A stretch of 64,000 bases of DNA from Spirulina sp. CCNP1310 (GCF_034932185.1 NZ_JAYGHW010000066.1:35180-99179), one strand, 5' to 3'; counted from the first letter of the stretch, positions 1-9,714 are shown. Notes: generated by a model from the sequence alone, not told the origin. Translations and numbers: made by a program.

Positions 1-2749
1 CGGGGTCTTCGCCCCCTTCCCCAGTGTTGGATTTGCCGCCGATGCGGTTCATGGCGATCGCCAACGCCTCATGGGTTTCCTTGGAAATAGAGCCGTAGCT
101 CATCGCCCCCGTTTTAAACCGCTTCATGATTGCCTCGATGGGTTCCACCTCCTCCAGGGGGATCGGTTCCCGCTCTTTAAAGGCCAGCAGATCCCGCAGC
201 CGGAATTGCTTTTTGCCTTGATCATTCACCAGAGCGGCGTATTGGCGATAAAGGTTGTAATCCCCTTCCCGCACTGCTTTTTGCAGCAGATGGATCGTTT
301 CTGGTGAGAATAAATGTTCTTCACCATCCTTGCGCCATTGGTATTCGCCCCCCACATCGAGCGTCGGGGTTGAGCCGGGGCGATCGCTAAACCCGCTATG
401 GTGGCGCAACAGGGCCTCAGCGGTAATCACGCCCAAATCCACCCCTTCCAACCGGGAGGCCGTCCAGGAGAAATAGGTATCAACAACGCTGTGGTGCAGA
501 CCAATGGCCTCGAAAATTTGCGCCCCGCGATAGCTCTGGATCGTCGAGATGCCAATTTTGGAGCCGATTTTAATCACGCCCTTCGTAGCCGCTTTGACGT
601 AGTTTTTCACCGCCGTCTTCACTTCCACACCCTTAAGCAATCCTTCCTGAATCAGGTTCTCAATACTGGCAAAGGCCACATAGGGGTTAATCGCACCGCA
701 ACCATAGCCCAACAACACCGCAAAATGATGCACCTCGCGGGGTTCCCCGGATTCGAGGACGAGGCCGACGCGGGTGCGCGTGCCGTTGCGGATCAGGTGG
801 TGGTGGAGGCCCGCCACCGCTAACAGGGCGGGAATGGGGGCATGGCTCTGATCCACGCCGCGATCGCTCAAAATCAGGATATTCTTACCGGCGGCGATCG
901 CCCCATCCGCCGCACTAAACAATTCTGCCATGGAGGATTGTAACCCCTCCACCCCTTGGGCCGCCTCAAACAAAATCGGCAGCGTTTGGGATTGGAAACC
1001 CCGCAAATTCACCCCTTTTAACTGGGACAATTCCGCATTGGTGAGGATGGGGGTGGGGAGTTGGATCAGTTGGCAGCTTTGGGGTTCCGGGTTGAGGAGG
1101 TTGCCCTCGGAGCCGATGGTGGTGACAGCGGAGGTGATGATCGCTTCCCGGATCGAGTCAATGGGGGGATTGGTAACTTGGGCAAAGAGTTGTTGGAAAT
1201 AGTCGTAGAGGAGTTTGGGGCGATCAGAAAGTGCCGCTAAGGGGGTATCCGTTCCCATCGCCCCCACCGCTTCCACGCCATTTTGGGCCATGGGGCTAAT
1301 GAGTAGCCGCAACTCTTCAAACGTGTAACCAAAGGCCTTTTGATGGGCCAACAGTTCAGCCCCCAACGTGGGCGCGGGTTCCGCCGCCGGTAAATCCGCC
1401 AAATCCACCCGGTATTGATTCAACCAATCCCGGTAGGGGTGGGCGCTGGTGATTTCCTGCTTAATTTCTTCATCGGCGACAATTCGCCCCTGCTCCATAT
1501 CGACGAGGAACATCCGCCCCGGTTCGAGGCGACCCTTAAAGGCGACCCGCTCCGGCTCAATGGGCAAGACCCCGGCTTCAGAAGCCATAATCACGAGATC
1601 ATCATGGGTGACGTAGTAACGGGAAGGGCGCAGACCGTTGCGATCCAATACTGCCCCCATCATCGTCCCATCGGTGAAGGCAATGGAAGCGGGGCCATCC
1701 CAAGGTTCCATCAAGCAGGCGTGGTATTCATAAAATGCCTTACGCTCATCGCTCATCGATTCATGGGCGGCCCAGGGTTCCGGGATCATCATCATCATTG
1801 CATGGGGCAAGGAGCGACCGGCCAGGGTCATCAATTCCAGCGTGTTATCGAAAATGGCGGAATCACTGCCGTCCATATCGATGATCGGCTGCATGGCCTT
1901 GAGGCTATCGCCAAACAGTTCCGAGGCAAAGAGGCTTTGGCGGGCGTGCATCCAGTTGATATTGCCCCGCAAGGTGTTGATTTCCCCATTGTGGGCGATG
2001 TAGTGGTAGGGGTGCGATCGCTCCCAACTGGGGAAGGTATTCGTGCTGAAGCGGGAATGCACCAACCCCAACGCACTGGTAAACCGTTCATCACTCAAAT
2101 CGGGGAAATAGCTGCGCACTTGGGGGGGGGTGAGCATCCCCTTATAAACAATCGTGCGGCTGGAAACGCTGGTGGAATACCAATATTCATCGATACCGGA
2201 GCGTTGAATTTCATGGTGCGATCGCTTACCAATCACATATAACTTGCGCTCAAACCCCAAATCATCAGCAATCTTGGGATTGCGGGCAATAAACACCTGT
2301 TGGATAAACGGCTCACTATCCCGCGCCGTCTGGCCTAAATCGCCATGATCCGTCGGCACATCGCGCCAACCGAGGATCGTTTGCCCCTCTTCTGTGGCAA
2401 TTTTTTCGAGAATTTCCCGGCCCCGTTGACGGATCGCGGGATCAGGGTTGGCAAAAAACATCCCTACGCCGTAATGGCCCGGAGCCGGGAGCGTGATCCC
2501 CTGTTCCTGGGCCGCCCCCTGGAGAAAATCATGGGGGAGTTGGGTGAGAATCCCCGCCCCGTCTCCCGTGTTGGGTTCTGCCCCGACGGCCCCCCGATGT
2601 TCGAGGTTGACCAAAATCGTCAGGGCCTGATCAACAATGGCGTGCGATCGCACTCCCTTCATCTGCACGATGAACCCAACCCCGCAGGCATCATGCTCTA
2701 GCTGTGGATCGTACAAGCCCTGTTGCTGTGGTCGTTTGATGTTAGTCAT
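1..2749 (-). CDS. gltB: Glutamate synthase large subunit, N-terminal part. The gene start is in the window; the 3' part lies beyond the window start.
   Basis: The minus-strand frame is open from the ATG (rc of cat at 2747-2749) to the window edge. The N-terminus reads [33 protein letters not shown], which contains the Ntn-amidotransferase Cys1 start (CGVGF) typical of GOGAT. It is missing from the ORF track because it runs off the edge. The plus-strand ORFs 398..823 and 1415..2242 are antisense artifacts. Confidence 0.85.
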   Translation of the reverse strand, partial: MTNIKRPQQQGLYDPQLEHDACGVGFIVQMKGVRSHAIVDQALTILVNLEHRGAVGAEPNTGDGAGILTQLPHDFLQGAAQEQGITLPAPGHYGVGMFFANPDPAIRQRGREILEKIATEEGQTILGWRDVPTDHGDLGQTARDSEPFIQQVFIARNPKIADDLGFERKLYVIGKRSHHEIQRSGIDEYWYSTSVSSRTIVYKGMLTPPQVRSYFPDLSDERFTSALGLVHSRFSTNTFPSWERSHPYHYIAHNGEINTLRGNINWMHARQSLFASELFGDSLKAMQPIIDMDGSDSAIFDNTLELMTLAGRSLPHAMMMMIPEPWAAHESMSDERKAFYEYHACLMEPWDGPASIAFTDGTMMGAVLDRNGLRPSRYYVTHDDLVIMASEAGVLPIEPERVAFKGRLEPGRMFLVDMEQGRIVADEEIKQEITSAHPYRDWLNQYRVDLADLPAAEPAPTLGAELLAHQKAFGYTFEELRLLISPMAQNGVEAVGAMGTDTPLAALSDRPKLLYDYFQQLFAQVTNPPIDSIREAIITSAVTTIGSEGNLLNPEPQSCQLIQLPTPILTNAELSQLKGVNLRGFQSQTLPILFEAAQGVEGLQSSMAELFSAADGAIAAGKNILILSDRGVDQSHAPIPALLAVAGLHHHLIRNGTRTRVGLVLESGEPREVHHFAVLLGYGCGAINPYVAFASIENLIQEGLLKGVEVKTAVKNYVKAATKGVIKIGSKIGISTIQSYRGAQIFEAIGLHHSVVDTYFSWTASRLEGVDLGVITAEALLRHHSGFSDRPGSTPTLDVGGEYQWRKDGEEHLFSPETIHLLQKAVREGDYNLYRQYAALVNDQGKKQFRLRDLLAFKEREPIPLEEVEPIEAIMKRFKTGAMSYGSISKETHEALAIAMNRIGGKSNTGEGGEDP

Positions 2750-3303
2750 GGATGCAATTCGTGAAGGGAAACAGTGAGTCGCGCAAGCAGAGATACAGTC
2801 TGAGTTTTAGAATTGTCTCTCTAAAAGCTGGGAAAGGGGATCGTTCTTAATAAAATGATCAAATCAAGTTGCATGGATCTGTAATATTTCGTTGCAGAGT
2901 CCAGCCAAGGTGTCATTGTGAGCAAATGATGACATCAAACCTATACCCAGCTTGAGATTCTCGCATTTTGATTATCAGCAAAAATAGTTTTCTAACTGTA
3001 AAATTGGTCACAAAATTAGATCGATTTTACTGCCAGGATTGCCCCTAAAGGGCCCGGTATCACGATCCTTCCTGCCCCAGTAATCTTGCTCACCCCCAGA
3101 ACATTGGGGAACTGATCGGAGCCTACTCCCAGGGCAAAAAACGAGGAAAACACCAGATTAACGGCGGTGCTTGCGAGGAATTCATCGTTGAATCGCCATC
3201 CTGGGGAAGGATTGCCAGTGATAGCCCACTGCTCTGGGGCAAATCTTGATTTAGACTGGGGTTAGCTGAGAATTTTGGTTAAACAAAAAAATTTAAGTAA
3301 ACG

Positions 3304-4125
3304 TTGATGAAGCGGGAGAGAACTATGACTGGCCAACCCTCTGTAAACCCCAGAGCCGATGCGGCTGCGATGGCCCCTAAGCCTGAGCGAGAAGCAATGA
3401 TCATTGCCCGGGATGTGGAAAAGTGGTACACCAGCAATCAATTCCATGTGTTGCGGGGGGTGAGTCTCACGGTGCGCCGGGGGGAGGTGGTGGTGATTAT
3501 GGGGCCATCAGGATCGGGAAAATCAACGTTTATCCGCACGTTTAACGCCCTCGAACCTTACCAGAAGGGGCGGATCACCATTGATGGCATTGAACTCTCC
3601 CACGATTTGAAAAATATTGATGCCATCCGTCGGGAAGTGGGGATGGTGTTTCAACAGTTTAACCTGTTTCCCCATTTGAGCGTGTTGCAAAATGTCACCC
3701 TCGCCCCCATTTGGGTGCGTCGTCGCAAAAAAGCCGAAGCAGAGGCGATCGCCCTCCAACTTCTTGAAAAAGTCGGCATCTTAGAACAGGCCCGCAAGTT
3801 TCCGGGGCAGCTTTCCGGGGGGCAACAGCAACGGGTGGCCATCGCCCGCGCCCTAGCCATGCAGCCGAAAATCATGCTTTTTGATGAACCCACCTCAGCC
3901 CTGGATCCGGAGATGGTGCGGGAGGTATTGGATACAATGCGATCGCTGGCTAATGATGGTATGACCATGGTTTGTGTCACCCATGAAGTGGGGTTTGCGC
4001 GGGAAGTCGCGGATCGGGTGGTGTTGATGGCCGATGGGGAACTGGTGGAGGAAGCCACGCCCACGGAATTTTTCACCAATCCCCGCCATGAACGCAGTAA
4101 GCAATTCCTTTCGCAAATTCTCTAA
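3304..4125 (+). CDS. Polar amino acid (glutamine-type) ABC transporter ATP-binding protein.
   Basis: Walker [13 protein letters not shown] signature [15 protein letters not shown], Walker [12 protein letters not shown]. An alternative start exists at 3325 (MTGQP). Confidence 0.85.
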   Translation: MMKRERTMTGQPSVNPRADAAAMAPKPEREAMIIARDVEKWYTSNQFHVLRGVSLTVRRGEVVVIMGPSGSGKSTFIRTFNALEPYQKGRITIDGIELSHDLKNIDAIRREVGMVFQQFNLFPHLSVLQNVTLAPIWVRRRKKAEAEAIALQLLEKVGILEQARKFPGQLSGGQQQRVAIARALAMQPKIMLFDEPTSALDPEMVREVLDTMRSLANDGMTMVCVTHEVGFAREVADRVVLMADGELVEEATPTEFFTNPRHERSKQFLSQIL

Positions 4126-4310
4126 ACCCTGTAGGGAGGCAACCACCTAAGGAGGGATAGTACTGCCTGGGCAGATCGCAGCAGCGGATTACTGGGCAGA
4201 GCCAAGTTACGCGGTTAGGAGCGAAAATCTTTTGATCCTGATACCCTTAAAAAAAGTGAGATAATAGGACTCAATTTCCCACCTTTTTTTTCTGGGAATA
4301 AAGGAGTTTC

Positions 4311-5159
4311 TTGATGTTGCTTCAATTTTTTGCGGGATTACAGCGACGTTTTCGGTTCACCCACCCATCGCGCTCTCTAGTGGCGGGAATTTTGTGTCTA
4401 GTGAGTGTGGTCGGTTGCGGTGTTGAAGCGGAAAGTATGGCCGCAATTGATGATACTGGAGATCTCCATCTCACCTATGGAAAAGCGAAAGGAGAAGAGT
4501 TTAAACGCATTCGCACCGCTTTGGAAGAAACGGGCTTTTTTGATGATCTCGTTGACCAGTTAAATGAAAAACTCGCCTTTCCCAATGACATTAATATTGT
4601 CTTTACCAATTGTGGTGTGGCTAACGCCTTCTATAGCCCTAGCGATCTTGAGATCACGATGTGCTATGAATTGATTGCTTACTATTTACAAATTTTTGAG
4701 GAAAATATCGAAACGGAGGAGGATTATCAAGCTGAAGTGATTGATGCTACATCCTTCACCTTTTTTCATGAATTGGGCCATGCGTTTGTGGATCAATATG
4801 AATTACCAATTACTGGCAATGAAGAGGATGCAGCGGATAATTTTGCAACGATTATTATGTTGGATGTCTATGGCGATGATCTGGGGGTGATTAGTGGGAT
4901 GTTCCAATTTGATGCTGAAGCGATGGAAGAAATGGAAAACCCCGAAGATCTCGCCTATTGGGGTGAACATTCCTTAAGCACCCAACGGTATTACAACACC
5001 GCTTGTTTAATTTATGGTAGCGATCCTGAAAGCTTTAGCTTCATTGTTGAGGATGAATATTTACCAGAGGAACGGGCCGAACGTTGTGAATCCGAATATG
5101 AGCAGAAATCGGCAGCTTGGTGGACTTTGATGGAGCCGTTTTTAAAGGAGGAAATTTAA
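4311..5159 (+). CDS. Putative zinc-metallopeptidase-like lipoprotein (DUF4344-like, HExxH).
   Basis: The N-terminal signal peptide has a lipobox-like VVGC. An FFHELGHAF HExxH motif is present, followed by acidic D/E-rich repeats. Confidence 0.55.
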   Translation: MMLLQFFAGLQRRFRFTHPSRSLVAGILCLVSVVGCGVEAESMAAIDDTGDLHLTYGKAKGEEFKRIRTALEETGFFDDLVDQLNEKLAFPNDINIVFTNCGVANAFYSPSDLEITMCYELIAYYLQIFEENIETEEDYQAEVIDATSFTFFHELGHAFVDQYELPITGNEEDAADNFATIIMLDVYGDDLGVISGMFQFDAEAMEEMENPEDLAYWGEHSLSTQRYYNTACLIYGSDPESFSFIVEDEYLPEERAERCESEYEQKSAAWWTLMEPFLKEEI

Positions 5160-5165
5160 CCTAAA

Positions 5166-5816
5166 ATGATTCGCCTGTTGATTGTAGATGATCAATCCAT
5201 TATTCGGGAGGGCTTGAAAAGTTTGCTCCAAGCACAACCGGATTTAGCGGTGGTGGGGTTGGCGGAACAGGGTCAGGCGGGGGTGGAGCAGGCGATCGCC
5301 CTTCAGCCTGATGTTGTCCTGATGGATATCCGGATGCCGGTCATGGATGGCGTGGCAGCAACCCGCGCCCTTCTCGCACAAGAGCCGGAGATGAAAATCT
5401 TGATCCTCACCACCTTTGATGATGATCAACTGGTGAGTCAGGCGATCCGAGCAGGGGCCAAGGGCTATCTGCTCAAGGACACTCCCTCAGAGGAGTTGGC
5501 GGAAGCGATCCGGGCGGTACAACGGGGCTATGGTCATTTGGGGCCGGGCCTCTTGGCGAAAATTATTGCTACACCGCCCCCGCCCCCTGCACCGGAGCCG
5601 CCGCCGGAGTTGGCCCAACTCACCCCCCGTGAGTTAGAAGTGTTGAACCTATTGGGGGAGGGGTTGAGCAATCGGGAAATTGCCGAGCAGTTGTATATTT
5701 CGGAGCGGACGGTGAAAAATCATGTGACGCATATTTTAGGGCGGCTCCAGTTGCGCGATCGCACCCAAGCCGCCCTGTTTGCGGTGCAATTTGCTAAACC
5801 CCTACCCCCGAACTGA
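5166..5816 (+). CDS. Two-component response regulator, NarL/FixJ (LuxR HTH) family.
   Basis: REC domain (LIVDDQ...DVVLMDIRMP...KGYLLKD), a proline-rich linker PPPPPAPEPPPE, and a C-terminal LuxR HTH (LTPRELEVLNLLGEGLSNREIAEQLYISERTVKNHV). Confidence 0.9.
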   Translation: MIRLLIVDDQSIIREGLKSLLQAQPDLAVVGLAEQGQAGVEQAIALQPDVVLMDIRMPVMDGVAATRALLAQEPEMKILILTTFDDDQLVSQAIRAGAKGYLLKDTPSEELAEAIRAVQRGYGHLGPGLLAKIIATPPPPPAPEPPPELAQLTPRELEVLNLLGEGLSNREIAEQLYISERTVKNHVTHILGRLQLRDRTQAALFAVQFAKPLPPN

Positions 5817-6927
5817 GCAGCATGGTTAATCGCTGGCTCAGTTGGGCTTTGCCGAAATGGGCGATCGCCTCTTGGCGCAACCAAGCCCCCTGACAGCGTT
5901 GATCTTCCCCCTGGAGCATGGCAATACAACCTTGGGCGATCGCCTCCACATTGCGATGCTCCACCTGCCACCCTAGGCGGCCATCCTGTAAGGGATCAGC
6001 GGAGCCATCCCCCAACCCTGATAAAACAGGGATACCGCTGGCCATGGCTTCGAGGTACACAATGCCAAACCCCTCCTGAGAGGGCATTGCATAGGCATCG
6101 GCAACGCGGTAATGGGCAGGTAATTCTGCCGTGGGGACATAGCCCGCAAAAATAACGCGATCGCTCACCCCCAAATCCGCCGCCAACTGAGCCAACCGAG
6201 GCTGATCCCCCCCCCGACCAATGACTAAATATTTCACCTCAGGAATAGCCGCAGCAATCAGGGGTAGGGCTTGAATCATCACATCCACCCCTTTATAAAT
6301 GTCTTCAGGCCAAAGGCGAGCCACGGTCCATAATACCTTAGATCCAGCTAACTGATAGCGGTCTAACAATGCCGCCGGTTTAGGCCCTGGAGTAAACTCC
6401 GCTTCATCCACCACACAGGGCAGGAATTGCACCCGTTCCGGGGGAATTTGGTAAGCCCCACAGAGGCGATCGCGGCTATGGCGACTAATGGCCCACACCT
6501 GATCCGCCCCCCGCAGGCCGCGAATTTCCCAAGGGGAGAGATATTCCCAATTTCCCCACACCTCTTTCCCGTAGGTCATTAAGGTATAGGGAATTTTCAG
6601 CAATTTGCAGTAGAGATACACCAAGGGGGCCAGCTTCACATGGCCACAGATCACCCTTTCCGGTCGTTCAAAGAGTAGGGATTGGAGTAAATGTTGGGCT
6701 AAACGGGCGCGTTCCATTGTTCGCGATTCATGGCCCAAATAGGTAAACGTCAGTTGTGGTGAATCGAGGGGATTATCAGCCGGATGCTGATCATGGAGCA
6801 ACGCCACCGTCCCCCGGCAACCCCGTTCCTTCGCCCAATCCCCATAGGCGGCCAACACATCCATCACATAGGATTGAATCCCACCTTCGCGGCTGAATAA
6901 TTCTAAAAAAGCAAAGTAATGGCTCAT
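5794..6927 (-). CDS. Glycosyltransferase family 4 (GT1 fold).
   Basis: EGFGIVYLEAMASGIPVL E-x7-E-type motif, 377 aa. The 3' end overlaps the convergent response regulator by about 22 bp. Confidence 0.8.
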   Translation of the reverse strand: MSHYFAFLELFSREGGIQSYVMDVLAAYGDWAKERGCRGTVALLHDQHPADNPLDSPQLTFTYLGHESRTMERARLAQHLLQSLLFERPERVICGHVKLAPLVYLYCKLLKIPYTLMTYGKEVWGNWEYLSPWEIRGLRGADQVWAISRHSRDRLCGAYQIPPERVQFLPCVVDEAEFTPGPKPAALLDRYQLAGSKVLWTVARLWPEDIYKGVDVMIQALPLIAAAIPEVKYLVIGRGGDQPRLAQLAADLGVSDRVIFAGYVPTAELPAHYRVADAYAMPSQEGFGIVYLEAMASGIPVLSGLGDGSADPLQDGRLGWQVEHRNVEAIAQGCIAMLQGEDQRCQGAWLRQEAIAHFGKAQLSQRLTMLLSSGVGV

Positions 6928-6977
6928 AGTGGGGGGCGATTTTCAATAGTCGTTGGCGTATAATTTTCGCGAATTGT

Positions 6978-7008
6978 TGGCGTAGGGGCGAAAAATTTTT
7001 CGCCCTAA
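6978..7008. repeat. Dispersed palindromic repeat, copy a (TGGCGTAGGGGCGAAAAATTTTTCGCCC-TAA), slightly degenerate.
   Basis: It shares the core GGGGCGAAAAATTTTTCGCCCC with seven other loci in the window. It forms the left boundary of the AT-rich island. Confidence 0.8.
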
Positions 7009-7382
7009 CCTTCAGGTTTAAGGTTAAGCCTCAGGTTCAATCCCCAAGGCTCGCAGTTGTGCCGTCAGCAGTAGCAACCATGGCATCATTAGAGAACATC
7101 TGCTCACCATTCTAGCCTGTTATCTCCGGCCTGTCCCCACGCTTTCATCTGTGATGGGGCAAGCTTGCTAAAATATCCCAGGATTACAAAAAAGAGCTAC
7201 AATAAAATTATTGTTTTTTTGTATCAATACAAAAGTATTGCTATGGGAAGATTTTGGGCAGGAATAGTTTATCGAATTTACCTTTGGGTTTGTTGTATGA
7301 GACTTTCTTCTCTCAATGAGTTGTTAAACTCTTCCTCGCTTTTAGTTTTGTACCGTTAAAAAGAAAAGAGGTAAAAGCTTTT

Positions 7383-7811
7383 ATGCGTAATAAAGTTGTT
7401 GCTATCCTTCTCACATTTTTTCTGGGTTGGTTCGGAGTTCATCAGTTTTATCTGGGCCAGAATGTTCGTGCTTTTTTTTATCTTATCTTTTGCTGGACTT
7501 GGATTCCTGCTCTCCTTTCCATTTTTGACTTCGTTGGACTTTTGTTGATGTCGGAGGAAGATTTTGAGCGACGTTTCAACGATGGAAAACGTGGCAAAGC
7601 CGGACAAGCCGCACTGCCTAGCCGTAAACTTCAACAACGTCTCCTCAAAGTTTGCAAGGAATACCGAGGTGCAACTCTTAGCGATTGTGTCATTGAAACT
7701 GGAGCCGACTTGGAAGAAGTGAAGATGATCCTGGATCGCTTTGCTCGGCAAGGTCTTGTGAGCGTCGAAAACCGAATACACGACGGTGCTGTAATCTATA
7801 AAACCATATAA
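7383..7811 (+). CDS. TM2-domain membrane protein with a C-terminal soluble (winged-helix-like) domain.
   Basis: The N-terminus has two TM helices with the TM2/NINE-like motif FFLGWFGVHQFYLGQ. The C-terminal 80 aa are charged (LLKVCKEYRGATLSDCVIETGADLEEVKMILDRFARQGLV). The gene lies in a low-GC region. Confidence 0.6.
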   Translation: MRNKVVAILLTFFLGWFGVHQFYLGQNVRAFFYLIFCWTWIPALLSIFDFVGLLLMSEEDFERRFNDGKRGKAGQAALPSRKLQQRLLKVCKEYRGATLSDCVIETGADLEEVKMILDRFARQGLVSVENRIHDGAVIYKTI

Positions 7812-7855
7812 AAATTTGTTGCCAAGACATAAAGTGTCAAGAAATAGGCTATTAA

Positions 7856-7900
7856 ATACCCCTCTTATATCTAGATTGAGAGAAGAGGGGTATTTACATT
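7856..7900 (+). terminator. Intrinsic terminator-like hairpin downstream of the TM2 gene.
   Basis: ATACCCCTCTT-N16-AAGAGGGGTAT is a perfect 11-bp stem with an internal TCTAGA, followed by TTTACATTTCT. Confidence 0.5.
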
Positions 7901-7954
7901 TCTGCCTAAATTCAAAACAACTCTAAATGGTTCAGCGTAATGATTGCACAACTA

Positions 7955-7991
7955 GTTGTCACTTGACAACCAATGATTTTAGGTTTACATT
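7955..7991 (+). promoter_or_regulatory. Putative sigma70-type promoter (TTGACA-17-TACATT) overlapped by the inverted repeat GTTGTCA-N2-TGACAAC (candidate operator).
   Basis: A perfect -35 TTGACA sits at 7963-7968 and TACATT at 7986-7991. The AAGG RBS lies 6 nt before the ATG at 8009. The palindrome 7955-7970 overlaps the -35. Confidence 0.45.
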
Positions 7992-8008
7992 TAAAAGTAA
8001 AGGCTGAC

Positions 8009-8266
8009 ATGGGTAGACGATCTCATCCAAAACAAGAGGTTGAGGCTGCGCTAAAGTATGCTGAACAAAATGGCTGGCGCGTTGATGTGGGTGGATCACA
8101 CGCTTGGGGTAAAATCTACTGCCCCTATAACGATCAGGAATGCAGATGTGGCAACTTTTGTATATCCAGTGTTTGGAGTACTCCAAAAAATGCCGGAAAT
8201 CACGCGAGGCAGATTCGTCAAGTAGTCGATAACTGTATAAGATATAACCGCGAAGAGGAAAAATAA
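8009..8266 (+). CDS. HicA-like (YcfA fold) small protein with a Cys-rich insertion; putative toxin of a TA-like pair.
   Basis: KQEVEAALKYAEQNGWRVDVGGSHAWGKIYCP matches the HicA pattern (hydrophobic-x2-L-x3-G[FW]-x5-GSH-x5-P). The distal PKNAGNHARQIRQVV resembles the HicA C-terminus. There is a CPYNDQECRCGNFC insert. The ORF-track start at 7973 would lie inside the predicted promoter, so the ATG at 8009 is preferred. Confidence 0.45.
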   Translation: MGRRSHPKQEVEAALKYAEQNGWRVDVGGSHAWGKIYCPYNDQECRCGNFCISSVWSTPKNAGNHARQIRQVVDNCIRYNREEEK

Positions 8267-8269
8267 GCA

Positions 8270-8797
8270 ATGAAAGAGTATGATTTTACATTGAAATTTA
8301 GTATTGGGAATTTCCCAATTGACCCTGATAGCTATGTTGAGGCTTTATACACAGGTGGTTGTGATGATGCTTTGATTGGAGTTGGTAAAAAAGGATATCT
8401 TTCACTCAATTTTATTCGAGAAGCATCATCAGCCTATGACGCTATTTCTACTGCTATTGCTGATGTTAAAAATGTAATTCCATCTGCAAACTTGATTGAA
8501 GCAGCACCAGATTTTGTCGGATTGACAGATGTAGCCAAAATTATTGGCTGCACTCGACAAAATATCAGAAAGCTCATTGTTGAAAGTGAGCCAAGATCCT
8601 TACTTCCTATTTATGAAGGTACACCCTCAATTTGGCATTTAGCGGAAATCCTAGCTTGGTTGCGAGAATTCAAGACATATTCCATTGATGATTCATTAAT
8701 GGAGATTGCCAAAGCTAATATGGACATTAATATTGCGAAAAGCTGGCAGAAAGTAGCGCCAACTGCTCAAGAAAAAATTCAGCGTCTTGCTTTGTAA
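8270..8797 (+). CDS. N-domain + helix-turn-helix DNA-binding protein; putative antitoxin/regulator partner.
   Basis: It starts 3 nt after the upstream stop. The N-terminal ~90 aa contain GGCDDALIGVG. The central HTH is LTDVAKIIGCTRQNIRKLI (AlpA/MerR-like). Confidence 0.5.
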   Translation: MKEYDFTLKFSIGNFPIDPDSYVEALYTGGCDDALIGVGKKGYLSLNFIREASSAYDAISTAIADVKNVIPSANLIEAAPDFVGLTDVAKIIGCTRQNIRKLIVESEPRSLLPIYEGTPSIWHLAEILAWLREFKTYSIDDSLMEIAKANMDINIAKSWQKVAPTAQEKIQRLAL

Positions 8798-8822
8798 GAT
8801 GGAATCCAGTTGTATCCCTGAT

Positions 8823-8854
8823 TGGCGTGGGGGCGAAAAATTTTTCGCCCCTAC
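8823..8854. repeat. Dispersed palindromic repeat, copy b (TGGCGTGGGGGCGAAAAATTTTTCGCCCCTAC).
   Basis: Full-length copy. It forms the right boundary of the AT-rich island. Confidence 0.85.
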
Positions 8855-8890
8855 TGGGGATTTTGCTGATCTTTTGAGACGGGTTATTTT

Positions 8891-8950
8891 AGCCCCCTTA
8901 AAGATAAACCCCTCGCCCAAGGAGGGGAGGGGCTTTGGGTTTTTGATTTT
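8891..8950 (+). terminator. Hairpin plus T-tract, possible terminator.
   Basis: AGCCCC...CCCCTC-gcccaag-GAGGGG-AGGGGCT followed by TTGGGTTTTTGATTTT. Confidence 0.3.
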
Positions 8951-8995
8951 ATACCTTTGCGATAGTCAGCGGACTGAAGTCCTGAGGATGAACGC

Positions 8996-9319
8996 TTAGG
9001 AAGCTAAGGCGACTTCAACCATTTGTTGGAGTTCGCCACTTTGGTAAAGCTCGATCAGGATATCGGAACCGCCTAAAAATTCCCCGTTGAGATAAACTTG
9101 GGGGATGGTGGGCCAGTTGGAATATTCCTTGATGCCTTGGCGGACTTCGGGATCAGAGAGGACATCGAAGGTGGTGAAGGGTACACCGCAAATGTTGAGA
9201 ATTTGCACAACATTGTTAGAAAAACCGCATTGGGGCATTAACTTGGAACCCTTCATAAACACAACGATTTTATCTTGTTGTACGAGGTCGTCAATGCGTT
9301 TTTGGACTTCTGGAGTCAT
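8996..9319 (-). CDS. grxD: Monothiol glutaredoxin (Grx4/GrxD type, CGFS).
   Basis: The CGFS active site lies in ...[17 protein letters not shown]... The protein is 107 aa with a C-terminal [19 protein letters not shown]. Confidence 0.92.
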   Translation of the reverse strand: MTPEVQKRIDDLVQQDKIVVFMKGSKLMPQCGFSNNVVQILNICGVPFTTFDVLSDPEVRQGIKEYSNWPTIPQVYLNGEFLGGSDILIELYQSGELQQMVEVALAS

Positions 9320-9372
9320 GGTGATTTAGGGGGTAGTAGAACAGGAAAAAGGAAAGATGTTGGTTTGAAAAG

Positions 9373-9627
9373 TTAGGCGTTGGCGATCGCCCAACTATCC
9401 GGGGTATAGGTTTTCAAGGCCAGGGCGTGGATGGCTTCAGTGGCTAGGGCTTCTTGTAAAGCACCGTAGACCATCTGATGCTGCTTAACGCGGGTCTTCC
9501 CTTCAAATGCGGTGGAAATAACCGTCGCTTGAAGATGATCCCCGCCGCCGGTCAAGTCCTCAACGGTGACTTGGGCATCGGGCAATTGGGCCTTAATCAT
9601 GGATTCAACTTGGTCTAGGCTCACCAT
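9373..9627 (-). CDS. bolA: BolA family protein.
   Basis: 84 aa with a BolA-like fold signature (...[31 protein letters not shown]...). It lies immediately upstream of the CGFS Grx on the same strand, the classic BolA-Grx pair. Confidence 0.8.
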   Translation of the reverse strand: MVSLDQVESMIKAQLPDAQVTVEDLTGGGDHLQATVISTAFEGKTRVKQHQMVYGALQEALATEAIHALALKTYTPDSWAIANA

Positions 9628-9714
9628 AGGTCAGTTTACAAAGGGGTCTTCAAACATAAACTTGATTTTAACGCTCTGTTCCCCATTCAGGGGATGGTTG
9701 TCAGTAGGATTGGC

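Noticed and set aside
398-2242. Plus-strand ORFs 398..823 and 1415..2242 (and the minus-strand ORF 1831..2094) inside the glutamate synthase region.
   Set aside because: They are antisense or out-of-frame relative to the long minus-strand gltB reading frame. Their translations are low-complexity (Gly/Arg/His-rich), typical of the opposite strand of a GC-rich gene.
2990-3015. TGTA-N8-CACA (NtcA-like half-matching site) between gltB and the ABC ATPase gene.
   Set aside because: It matches only one half of the GTA-N8-TAC consensus. It is ~250 bp from the gltB start and has no obvious -10 box at the proper spacing.
5794-5816. 22-bp convergent overlap between the response regulator gene and the GT4 gene.
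   Set aside because: It is probably just tail-to-tail overlap of 3' ends. The GT4 C-terminal residues may be slightly mis-assigned, and it is not interesting enough on its own.
7165-7359. 64-aa ORF at the left edge of the AT-rich island.
   Set aside because: It has low-complexity AT-rich codons and no recognisable RBS or motif. It is likely an open frame by chance in AT-rich DNA.
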